A stretch of DNA of 64,000 nt from Felis catus (lineage: Eukaryota), in the NCBI RefSeq assembly GCF_018350175.1, contig NC_058368.1:180298001-180362000 (forward strand). The letters run 5' to 3'. Both the position numbers and the translations under genes were made by a program. Numbering within the stretch: the first letter of the stretch is position 1; every line of letters begins with the position of its first letter. The notes below the pieces were generated by a model. That model ran no database searches. It saw only the letters and a program-made list of their open reading frames with translations, and had not been told where the DNA came from. This document shows positions 40,044-51,351 of this stretch, piece after piece.

Positions 40044-42519
40044 GCAATCCCAATCACTTCTGCTTCTTCATGCTGAAGGGTGGAGTGTGTGTATTTGGCA
40101 GGGAGTGCACTGGGCTGGATCAAAGAGGTGTCTGCAACCTAGCACTGCAAAGAACAGCCTTCAGTACTCCTGTCCCACCCAGAATCTTCTTTTGCCCTGG
40201 TCAGGAGTGACAAAGAAGGGAGTGAACACACCTCTGGGGCAGACATCTGATCTCATTCATTCATTCCACGAATATTTATCAAAGACCCACTCTGTGTCAC
40301 ACCCAACAACAAAATGCGCGGCAAACAGGGTCCCTGCTTTAAGATCTTACGTTTTAGAGGGAAGAGACAGATGAGGAGATGTGACAAGATTACTGCAGAG
40401 TGCTCTGAACAAACTAATTGGGTCATTGTGTCAGAAAGTGACGTGTGTGTGTGTGGGGGTAAGTTGCATAGGGTGGCCCAGGATCGGGGGGGAGGTCTTT
40501 CTGAGGGGTGAGGCTTGAACTGGGAGCAGGATAGTGATAAAGAGAGAGCCATATGAAGACAGGATGATGACGTGGAAGAACTGTGGACTGGGCAGAAGGA
40601 ACTAGAACTGTAAATACAGAATACAGAAAAGAAGTGTGAGAATACAGAGAAGAGTGGTCAAAGAATGGTAAGAGAATGGTTAAGGTGGCTGGAGTCTGAT
40701 TAGCAGGTGGACAGTTAACTGGACATACCTTATTAGCCTTCGTGGATGCAGGAAGCACAAACATAGCCACTGTGTACCTTGAAAAAGGTTTACAGTCAAA
40801 GGCAACCATTGGTTTTACGAAATGGTTGGAGCCAGTCTTTTCTCAGGCTAGTGTCCTAATCGTGCCACCTTTCTCCACACCCCCTTGCAGAGAAACCACA
40901 GGATTTCCTGGCTTCACTCTTCAAAACCGAATGTTCAAATTCCCTTCAAGTGGGGCCACGTGTGACCACAGTGCCATGAAACAGAAACCAGAGCTGAAAC
41001 ACAAAAGACGTTTCGGAGCCGGCTGACAGCGTTTGCATCCCTGCTCTGGTCATTTGTTATCTGAGAGACCCAAAGCAGATCTTTCCACATTTCTGAAATC
41101 ATGTTTCCTGAAGGTTTTGGAGAACATACATGCATAATTCTGAGGGAAATGTCTTAATCTATTCTTCAGTTCCTTGCCAGGCAAACGATGGGATGTATTG
41201 GTGGGGTTCCGGTGAACGGTTTAGAGAATTCAGTGCCATGGCTGACAGAAGGCCTCCTGCGAATGCTCCATCAGCTGGACCAGCAACACTGAGACATACT
41301 GCTCGGGTAGGAGGATTTGCTCCACACAGTCTTCCCCACACACAAGGAGGGCGCCAGGAGCTCGGCTTTAGGGAAGATGATGCCACGGGTGTGTGCAGGG
41401 CTGACTGAGCTTTGAAGGTGTGACTGAGTGAAAAAAATCCCACTGCAGGACCTTTGTGTTTTTCTTAGCACTCTTGACTTGGTTCACCAGACAGACTACA
41501 ACTACCATGAGGACAGAGGATTCAAACCCCATCGCTTCTTGGCCTTTTGGCTGCGATCAAGCGAGGATTCAAACACCAGGTCTACCCCGTTTCCCCACTT
41601 TTTCTATCTGCTTCTCTCTGCAGGGGTGGTCCCAGAAATGTGAACCATGGCTACAGAAAGCTTTGGCAAGAGAAAATCTAGTTTCTGACCTTCAAGTGGA
41701 AAGTGTAGAAGAAGGGCTCTGATTTGCCCAGCTGGGGTGCCATGCCTATCTTTGCTCTAAGAGTGATAGCCAATGGGATGGGTCACTCTTGACTGTCCAG
41801 CTTGGGTCATCTGCTCCACTGCTGCAGCCAGTGCCCTTAACAGAAGACCAGGGCCAACAAGGACAGCATTTCGAAGCTCTGAGCTATGCAGGGAGGAGGG
41901 GCCACAGGAGCAGTGGGACACAATTCTTATGCTGGACCTGTTGTGATTGGTCAGGACAGCACTGATACTCCTTTGAAGACACTGCAAAACCAACCTTCAA
42001 CGCGTGGAGTGGAGTTTCACAGCAGAAGAGAGAATGCACAGATGGCCGGTGTGTTTAGAGAGTGCAGTCCTGGGGGTGGGGGGAGGCCCTGGGTTGATGG
42101 TGAGACACTGGAGTGGATAGTTGGGAAGGAGGGCCTGGACACATGTGGGGAATAATGGTGAATTCTACACCATTATAAGTTCCTCCAATGTAAGAAATAT
42201 TCAGCTAACAAATATTAGCTGAAATATTAGGGGAAAAGCCTCCACAGCCAAGTGAAGGGGACTTGACTCCCTCTGTCACCCTCTCCCCAGTGGCCTAGAG
42301 AAGGTCATGCATATTAGTGTCACCTAAGTGACTTTCTCATGGGATTCAGGGCCACACCATTTTGCCTCTGTCTCTGCCTGAGCTTCATTCACATTTACGG
42401 GTAGGTCCCTCAAACTTTAGTGTGCATATGAGCATGGATAAAAGAAGGTCTCTGGGCCCATCCCAGTTGAGAAAGGGTGGTGGGCCAGTGGGTCTGGGAT
42501 GGGGTTCAGGCATCTGTAT

Positions 42520-42742
42520 TTTTAATTTTTTTTTTTTTCAACGTTTATTTATTTTTGGGACAGAGAGAGACAGAGCATGAACGGGGGAGGGGCAGAGAGA
42601 GAGGGAGACACAGAATCGGAAACAGGCTCCAGGCTCTGAGCCATCAGCCCAGAGCCTGACGCAGGGCTCGAACTCACGGACCGCGAGATCGTGACCTGGC
42701 TGAAGTCGGACGCTTAACCGACTGCGCCACCCAGGCGCCCCA
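42520..42742 (-). mobile_element. Young felid Can-SINE
   Basis: Near-identical to the copies at 2703, 4368 and 16297; TSD GCATCTGTATTTTTAA. Confidence 0.92.
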
Positions 42743-43084
42743 AAGCATCTGTATTTTTAACAAGCTGCCCAAAGTGATTCTGATGTGATTGGTGGTGCAA
42801 TGTACCTGGAGGAAGGTTGCACAGGATAATGTCAGAAAAAGGAAGAGGGGATTGGCTACTTGTCTGTTAAAGGCTGGTGTCCCATTATCTGCAACAGCCC
42901 TGGCTGAGCAGTCCTTTTAATCTAATGATAGAATGAGTGGTGGTTCTGGCAAAAGAAAAACCAAGAAAAACCGTCTCCTGCACAGGGGGATGGGCAGGAG
43001 GAAATGGTTAGGAAGGGGCAGGTCAAAAATTAGGGAAACACAGGTGCAGTGAGGGGAGGGAGAGAAAAGAGAGAGAGAGAAAAT

Positions 43085-43800
43085 TCGTTCAGAAAGGCCA
43101 CTTTATTGATGGAGATAAAACTGAAAGGAGCTTTCCATAGCCCTCCCTCACTCACTTCAGTGGTTTCACTGGGCGTCTGAGACTGGCGGGGGCAGGCGTG
43201 TGGCCAGCCAGCTCCTCACTGCCTGCTCCATGTCAGGCGGCCACATCAAAACACATCACAGCTCATAAAGACTTGCAAATGCACCTCAGAATTCCCCCAA
43301 TGGTTCCTGGCATTTTTTTTTTTAATATTGTACAAAATATGTTAAGTAGGAAAGGTCAGCTGTGCTGTGACACCTACAGGACGTCCTTTTAGGATTACCG
43401 TCCCTGAAACATTACTTCTTATTGCAGTGAAACCTCTAGAAGGTAGAGCTGTACAAAAAAAGGAAAAAAAAATTCTAAACAATTTTATTTTAAGAAGAGC
43501 AGCAACTTAACACTGCTGTAGTTCATTTAAATTTTCTTTCTCAAAAATACATTCCTAAATATACAAACTATACAATCTTGTCATTTTAATGCTGGTTTTT
43601 TGTTGTTGTTGCTTTTTTTTTTTTTAATAATAGAACCCAAACTAAAAAAAAAAAAAAAAAAGATCTGTTCGTCTTCACACCGACAAGAGCGCTAGAGGGC
43701 TTGTGACCCAGTACCTTCATATAACACCACATAAATAACTTTAGCCACAGTCTATGTTCACAGCGTGGTCAGTGGAACAAAGGAAATACTTTTCTGGCGA
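43085..43800 (-). other. WWC1: WWC1 3'UTR (~715 nt; cleavage site approximate)
   Basis: AU/U-rich, repeat-free segment between the stop codon and the poly(A) signal. Confidence 0.8.
43102..43107 (-). terminator. WWC1: Polyadenylation signal AATAAA of WWC1
   Basis: tttatt on the plus strand; a pyrimidine-rich downstream element follows on the minus strand. Confidence 0.8.
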
Positions 43801-43867
43801 TTAGACATCGTCTGCAGAGAGGGTCGGGATATTCATCCGAGGCTGGGTAAAAAATGCCATCTTCTCC
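43801..43867 (-). CDS. WWC1: KIBRA last coding exon (EKMAFFTQPRMNIPTLSADDV*), PDZ-binding C-terminus
   Basis: CAG acceptor at 43868-43870, TAA at 43801-43803; ADDV terminus of WWC proteins. Confidence 0.96.
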
Positions 43868-43882
43868 CTGCAAAAGAGGCCA

Positions 43883-44082
43883 GCCCTTTAGACATATTAT
43901 GGTCAGGATCATTCTTTGTTGTAGGGCTGCCTTGTGCACTGCAGGATGTTTAACAGCATCCCTGGCACCGTGTGGCAGCATCAGCTCCCCCCACCCCCTT
44001 CCAGTTGTGACAACCAAAAATGTCCCCAGATGTTACCAAAGGTCCTTGTGGTGCCCACGTCATCCCTGGTTGGGAACCTCTC
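43883..44082 (-). mobile_element. MER20 (hAT-Charlie) DNA transposon
   Basis: Minus strand reads GGACATTTTTGGTTGTCACAACTGG...GCCAGGGATGCTGTTAAACATCCTGCAGTGCACAAGGCAGCCCTACAACAAAGAAT, matching MER20 as I recall it. Confidence 0.8.
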
Positions 44083-44267
44083 ATTGAGGGACATTGGCAG
44101 GACCAGCCACCTTCAATTCAAGTCATGGGCCTCTCTGAGTTTAAAAGGGCCCCTGGGTCATTTGTAGTGTTGTTTGTCTTAGATTCCCAGTTGCTTACAA
44201 AGTAAGAGATGTCCAAATACAATTACGCAAAGGACAGTATATTTAAAATGTTTCTACTCCAGAAAGG

Positions 44268-44310
<43 letters not shown>

Positions 44311-44823
44311 CAGCACATACACAACCATGAGTGCCTTACCTGAGAGATATCATGAGTCTAAACGCAAGGCCCTCTGTGAATGGGAGGTCCTGGCCAAGTG
44401 GCATTTGGGGCCCTCCCATGATCTGGCTGGATCCAGGCAAGAAGATGCCTCCCTGAGACCCTGGCAGGCAGCAGGCAGAGCCAGGGAGGCCAGGCGAGCA
44501 TCCGTCACCCCAGGCTTATGTATCATTTCAGCCAATCCTCCATAATGACTGGTGATAGAAATGCTAAGAGGAAAGGCCAGAGCAGGTGGCTCATTCATTA
44601 AACAAGAGGAGCTAACAAATTAGCTCGAGTTGTGTGGGGACTGATAAAGACAGCTGAGGGAAAGCACTGTGGAGCCCACAGAGTGCCAGGGATGGCTCGG
44701 CAGAGCATGTGCATCTGTCACAGGGAGAGCCGGTGCTCTGCCAGCGGAGGGGGCTCTGGACGGCGGCCAGTGAGACGGAGGCCAGGTAGGCTGGGTGTGA
44801 AAGGGTGGGGCCCACCTGCATAC

Positions 44824-44945
44824 CTGAAAGACTGCACTTCCGGGGGCTCCTTACAGCTCTGGCCCCGAAGCCTGTGCACATCCTTGGCAGCTGCCCGCAT
44901 CATCTTGTCTGTCTGAAGCTCACCCTTGTGCTCCGCTCGGTCCAT
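44824..44945 (-). CDS. WWC1: KIBRA penultimate exon (122 nt; [41 protein letters not shown])
   Basis: CAG acceptor, GTATGC donor; phase matches the last exon. Confidence 0.96.
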
Positions 44946-45894
44946 CTGTAGGGCAAAGCAAGCAGGGCTGTGAGGTGGCACAGGGTCCTTAGGGCCTCTA
45001 GAAAGGGGTCAGCCAGAGAACACTTTCTAGCACAAATGAGGGGTCTACTATAGTCAAGAGGTCTGAGGATCGCAGAACAGACACACTCACTGTTTCTGTT
45101 CCACCAGGAACCTCTGCTCACAAAGGTGAGAAGTGATCCCACCGTTTGCCAGGGTGGACAGGTTTTGGGGGCCAGGGAGCTGAATACCCATGTGGTATGG
45201 AGATGCATGCTGCCTAGTGAAATGTGTGCTACCTTTCTAATCCTCAGGGTCACCTAGAAAGGTAACTATGATACTTACTTCTACGTTACAGATGAGGAAA
45301 CTGAGGTTCGGGCATCTTAAGACATTTCTTTAATGTCAAACACCTAAGAAGTGGTGGAAACACAATTCCAATCATGCAGCTGTGCCCAAGGGCTTTGGGA
45401 ACATTGCACCCCTTCTTCCTAAGGCAAACCTACAGAAGCACTTTTGAGAACAAACCACAAAGAGCCCTGAAGTATCCATGTACCACATACTTGAAAACAC
45501 TGCTTGATGATGGAATTTTGGTCAATGAAGCCATCATCTAAATGTTTCTTTAGTAGAAGGTCATTATCAGTCAGTCATGGATGTACTATTCTTTTGCTAT
45601 TGAAAGGCCAAGTTTTCTTAACTGGTATTTTCTTAAGGCAGGGCACACAGGGCACATATGTACTTGTTTTCTTCTTCTTCTTCTTCTTTTTTTTTTTTTT
45701 TTGCCTTGCCAACCAGGAACCTCAAAGATAAATGTAATAGACCACTACAATTAAGTTAGGGATATGTTTATTTCCTTCTCTCCTTTAAAATGTTCTCTAA
45801 CTTTATATTTTCCTGTAATGCTCTTATTATAACCCTATTATAAGTATACAGGGTATTAGTGGTAAATTAGAAATAAACATTTCTGGAACTTAAA

Positions 45895-45979
45895 AAAATT
45901 TTTTTTTAATGTTTACTTTTGAGAGAGAGAGAGAAAGAGAACAAGTGGGGGAGGGGCAGAGAGAAAGAGAAAGAGAGAA

Positions 45980-46022
<43 letters not shown>

Positions 46023-46602
46023 CTGAAGCAGGCTCCAGGCTCCAAGCTGTCAGCACAGAGCCTGATGTGGGGCTTGAACACACGGACCATGAGATTATGA
46101 CTTGAGCCGAAGTTGGATGCTTAACCGACTGAGCCACCCAGGTGCCCCAATGTTTCTGGAACTTCTGAATTACCAGAGTCAATTTGAAGTCCTCAGGCCA
46201 GTCCAGACTTTAGAAGCTCACCACCACTTTCCTACTCTAAGGCATTATCACCTATATTAAGAGCTGAGGCTTCAGCTAATGGCTCTCCCAACAATCCAGG
46301 CAAGTATCCTCTGTAAGGTGCTTTTTGCACGGTTCGGCTGTGAGCAGAGAAAACTAGCAAAGGTCATGCCTGCCATGGGTGACAGTCCAGGAGTGGCAGA
46401 TAGTACATAAATGAGTTGAAAATGGACTCTGTGTATTGACCATATGTTGTTACTTCTTCATGACAGGCTGGGACCTGTCAGCTTACGAGCCCACTGGTGT
46501 CAAAGTCAAGTTTTACGCATCCAATTGCTTTATTTATTTGTTTATTTATTTGAAAGAAAGAGAGACAGAGAGAGAGAGAGAGAAAGAGAGAGAAAGAGAA
46601 AG

Positions 46603-46645
<43 letters not shown>

Positions 46646-46795
46646 GGGGGCACACACGTGCCAGGGAAGGGCAGAGGAAGAGGGAGAGAGAATTCCAAGC
46701 AGGCTTCACGCCCAGCACAGAGCTCAACACAAGGCTCGAGCCCACAACCCTGAGCTGAAATCAACAGATGCTTAACTGGCTGAGCCACCCCCACC
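45895..46795 (-). mobile_element. Two Can-SINEs with expanded (GA)n: 45895-46148 and 46530-46795
   Basis: Reverse SINE bodies; TSDs TTTCTGGAACTT and CCAA(T/C)TGCTTTA. Confidence 0.85.
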
Positions 46796-47495
46796 AACTG
46801 CTTTAAATGTAGCTCAGATTTTTTTTAGCCATTTAGAAACTGCCAGCTCTACATACCCCATGAAGCTGTACCCTCTGCTAGCCATTGATAAGATAAAGCC
46901 CAGGGTTATAAAAGACCCTAAGCCACTGCTGCTTTGGAGCTCTCTGAACTGGAAAGTCCTCCTGTGTTGCTGAGAGACAGCATCTAGATGCCCGTGCCCT
47001 TTCTCTACTGGCATTTCCCCTGCCCTCCTCCCCTCTAGGTGGTGACCCAGAGCAGTGGCCATGGGGAGTTCTCATGCTATGAGGGACTTCTTCCACATGC
47101 AAACTTGTATCTTTGGAGATACCCACTCTGTGGGACCACGCTGGGCAGACACTGGGGCAGGTCAGCATTTTGTATTTACTCTATTTAAGTGTGTGTCCCA
47201 GCGCAGATTAGATACCCAATGTTTGATGAATATACATGTGAATAATAAGGCCTTGCGCACATAAACAGGGAAATACAGCAAAAGGGTCTGGTACCCAGAT
47301 CAAGAGTTAATAAAGCTTACTGGGCAAAGGGATTCCTTGGTCCCTTTGCTGATGGACATGGGGGGCCCTGGGAAAACTCTCAGTGGGTCACAGGATTGTA
47401 GGAGCTATTCAAAGCTCTGGTCTCCCTCCCCTGCAGCAGCAGATGGTCCCCAGGGCAGAGGGAGCCATCTCCCTTGCCTCTTGCACAGCCCTTAC

Positions 47496-47729
47496 CCGCT
47501 TCTCCAGCATCCTCAGCAGCAGACGGAAGCGCTCGTCCTCACGCAACCACTGTGGCAACTCCTTCTCCCCATGGCTCTTGGCTTGTTCAAGCTGCTCCTT
47601 GAGCTCCTTCAGCACTGAGATCTCCTGAGTCAGCTGGCTGTGCCAGGTCCTGGTCGCCTGCAGGTCTAGCTCAAGGTCCAGTGATGTGCGGATCAGGCGC
47701 TCAGCTCGCAAGGATTTGACGGATGAAGG
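47496..47729 (-). CDS. WWC1: KIBRA exon (234 nt; [78 protein letters not shown])
   Basis: CAG acceptor, GTAAGG donor; C-terminal coiled coil with the [13 protein letters not shown] motif. Confidence 0.96.
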
Positions 47730-48523
47730 CTGCAGGGGTAGGCATAGCTCTGACAGGTTATTAGAGGGCTGGGTTCAGTGAGCCCCTACAAACTGCTCCC
47801 CTGACCCTCAAATACCCTTTTGTGTTCAACCGCAGGCTTCCACTCCTTCAAAAATGGGGCTCACCCTCCCCCAGAGCCTGTCGATTTCTCCCACTCCCAC
47901 AGCTTATCTGTTGAGCACCTGTATGTCCCAGGCATGGTGCTGGGAGGTAGAGCTGAGATTCTTCCCCAGGCAGGTGGCTCCAGAACCACCTGCTCACCCT
48001 CCACACTGCCCGATTGCCCTGCTCTCAGTGCCCCGATTCACACTTGGCTCCTGGATTCCTGTCATTATCCTGCTCTGAAGTTGTTTCTTCCTCAGTGCAG
48101 GTCTGAGCTCCCTTGAGGGCAGACATTAGGTCTTCTCAACTTTATGTTCCCGTAACGGATGAGTGTTGGTTCTGCTTGTCCAGCACTTGCTTCCCCTTGC
48201 AGTAACAGTGCCCTCATCTTCCCTTGGGGATCCACTCCTACTTCACATTCAACCTACATGGTGGTTCATACGGGACTTCAGGGACAGGAATGTGACCCGA
48301 AACTTGGCAGTGAGAACCTCAGTGACTGTTTCAGGGGTGAGTATGTTATCTGAGCCTAGCCAATAACCTCCAGTACTGGCACTTTTGCTTAAAAAAAAAA
48401 AAAGCCATGGAGAAAAAGAGCATCCTTTACACACAGTTTGTTAAGCCAACAAGATATCAACCTGGAACTGATCATGGCCATCTTTCCTACCATACGGTGT
48501 GACCCTCTTTAAGAATTAAGCTA

Positions 48524-48720
48524 GGGGTGCCTAGGTGGCTCAGTTGTTTGAGTGTCTGACTTCAGCTCAGGTCATGATCTCGTGGTTTGTGAGTTTGAGC
48601 TCTACGTCGAACTCGCTGCAGTCAGCACAGAGCCCGCTTCGGATACTCTGTCCCCCTTTCTCTCCGCCTTTCCTCCGCTTGCACTGTCTCTCAAAAATAA
48701 TAAACATTAAAAAAAAAGAA
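48524..48720 (+). mobile_element. Can-SINE
   Basis: SINE head and tail; TSD AAGAATTAAGCTA. Confidence 0.88.
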
Positions 48721-48995
48721 TTAAGCTATCTGGGGGGAGCAGTGCCATGAGAGGGGGACTGGGGCTTGAGGACACTGTCTCAACAAAGGATCAATTCATG
48801 CCTGCAGGTCCAGCATCCTGGGGTTTTCCACTAATGAGCCAGTGAATTCTCCTTTGCACTCTCCAGCTAAATTTGAGCTGAGTTCTTCTTATACCCATAG
48901 AGATACAGTTATCTGTATGGACGAGATCCCCAGTAATACAACCGTTTCTTCTCCTTCTCTTATCACCAAACAATAATGATTTAAAAATGGCTGAC

Positions 48996-49560
48996 TGAGG
49001 GAGGCAGAATTCTAAGCCAGCCCCAAGGTTCCCACCACCAACACCACCCCCTACCCCAGGCACACCCTCCCTGTATAATGCCCCCTCTTCAGTTCAGGGC
49101 TGGGGGCACCTGTGAATACCATGGGATAGCACTCTCATGATTAAGGGGTGACTTTCCTGGTGGGCCTGACCTCATCCACTGAGGCGAACTGGGCCCTTTC
49201 TGGAAAGAGATCTCCTGCCGGTCTTGAAGAAGCAATGTGTGTTGTGAAAAGGGCCACATGGCAAGGACGTGAGGATGACTTTTTCATCCATTTCCTGCAT
49301 CTAGCAAGAAAAGACAAGGGATTCTGCCAATGTCCCGGGGGAGCCTGGAAGTGAATCTTTCCCTACTCAAACTCCAGATGAGGATGCAGTCCGCCAACAC
49401 CTAGTTTTAGCCTGATGAGATGCTGAGCAGAGAATCTGGCTATCTGTGCCTGAATTCCTGACCTGTGGAAACTATGAGATCCTGAATTTGTATCGTTTTA
49501 AGCTGCTAAGTTTGCTGCGATGTGTTATGCAACAGAAACCAAACATAATGACTAACAGAT
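48996..49560 (+). mobile_element. MaLR (MLT1-type) LTR
   Basis: ggcagaattctaag...ggcagagaatctggc...cctgacctgtggaaactatgagat...ttttaagctgctaagtttg...tgttatgcaacagaaa. Confidence 0.7.
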
Positions 49561-51258
49561 TGATCTGAGAGATGGCACATAAGACATTACTGCCAGAGCT
49601 GAGCCATCCTCAGTTAAGGCTGGCAAGCATACTTTTGGGACCGTGAAACAGCTCAGTGCACAAGTTCAAGTTCTATAATACCCTTTGAGGGAGACCATCA
49701 TCTAGTGTGTGTTCATAAAGGAGCAGGGTCAGGAAATTCAGTTGAGTGATCTGTGTGACTCAAGTTCTCAGAGTAACTCATGAGGCTCTTTTGCTTTGTT
49801 CTGACTGATGTCCAGCCTTGGAAACCTGCCTGGACAGGCCGAAGCAGAGAGAGAAGCAAGGGGAAGAAGGGGAAGAAGGATTGCAGGACCCAAGGGCCCT
49901 GACCCAGCCTCGGGACTCTCCTGCCTCTCAGAACAGAGTTAGGATCTGAAGGAAACGTGGGCTCAGATCCAGCAAGGATTCTGTCAGGAAGTCTTCCCAT
50001 TGGCTAAGGGAAAAAGAGGTGAAGAGGGGGAAATTGTGCAGGCCTGTCTTGACACAGAGTTGTAGGAACCACAGGGGGAGTAGGTAGGAGCTTCCATGGA
50101 GGCCTTTCTCCAGGTGTGGATCATGGAACACCTGCCTTATCAAAATGCAGTTTCCAGGACCCCACCCCAGCTACCGAATGAGACTGTCTGGGAGTGTGGC
50201 CTGGGAAATGTGCACTGTCAGGAACCTCCTTAGAGGACTCTTGGTGCTCCAGAGACCCTGCAGCACCAGACAGGGCTGGAGGAGGGGGGCCCCAGGTGGG
50301 CGGTGGGCCATCCCTGTCACCTGAAGCCATGTCCACAGGCCCCTGCCGCCAACACTTTTGCCCTTCCCTGTGGCCTTCTTTCTCCTGTGCTCTCTAGTTC
50401 TTTCTGGAGCCTTGGGGGGTGGTGATGATAGACAAAGGTCCTATTCCTGACTCCTCTGTCTGCAGCAGGTCCGCAGGAACTTCCTGTGCTTGGTGCTGCT
50501 GGTACTCTCTCTCCCTGCATGTTCTTTTCGCTTTGCACCCTCTGCTTGTCTTTCTGACATTCTAACTCCTGCTGCTTCTGGTTCTGCAAACTTACCAGAG
50601 CTGCTGTAGAGTCTGTGCTGAAAGCCCAGAGTGGAAGGGCTGTCTGCATCCCCTACAGCTCTGACTGGTAACAAAGTCCATACCAGGAGCCAGTCCTTTG
50701 CCTAACACCACTCGGTCCCCATCCCTGAGCCAAGCCTCCGTCAGGCAAGGTGGGACCTTCTCTGCAAAGGCAGCTCATGGCCTCTCCCTAGTGCTCTTCC
50801 AGCTGGACCGAGAGAAACCCATTTGCACCTCCCCGTTCCCGGTTGCTGCTTGGAGGTGTCTGGCTTCTCTGCCAGCAGGGAGGGCTGTCAGAACCTTTGC
50901 TTGGTCAGCTGGATGTCACGCTGAGCAGAGTGGAGCAAGGGGCAGGCTTCCATCAGTGACTGTGAGATTTTGAGTTGGTTAGCTCTTAATGACTTTGATT
51001 TCTACCCTGGAAGATAAGGCCAAGTACCATACTCTGAATCTAACCTATCTGTCATCATAATAATGTTACATTTACAGTTTGGAACCTTCCCCAGCGCCTA
51101 CACAGGCTTTACAGTTGGTAAACACCATTAGGCTTGCAAAAGCAACATTGTTCAAACCGGTGGCTGAGAAGAAATGGTCAGACATGGGGGTTGTGCTCGT
51201 GAGGGGTGGGAATGATGGCGGAGCAGGTGTACAAACGGCTTTGAGGTGACTCTCTTAC

Positions 51259-51351
51259 CCTCTTCATCCGGACACTGCGCCGCTCCAGGGAGTTTCGAAC
51301 AAAAGGTGGCTTCTTGGACAGCGTGGAGCTGTCACTGTCACTTCGGTTCAG
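51259..51351 (-). CDS. WWC1: KIBRA exon (93 nt; [31 protein letters not shown]), aPKC/PKMzeta-binding region
   Basis: CAG acceptor, GTAAGA donor, phase 0/0. Confidence 0.96.
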
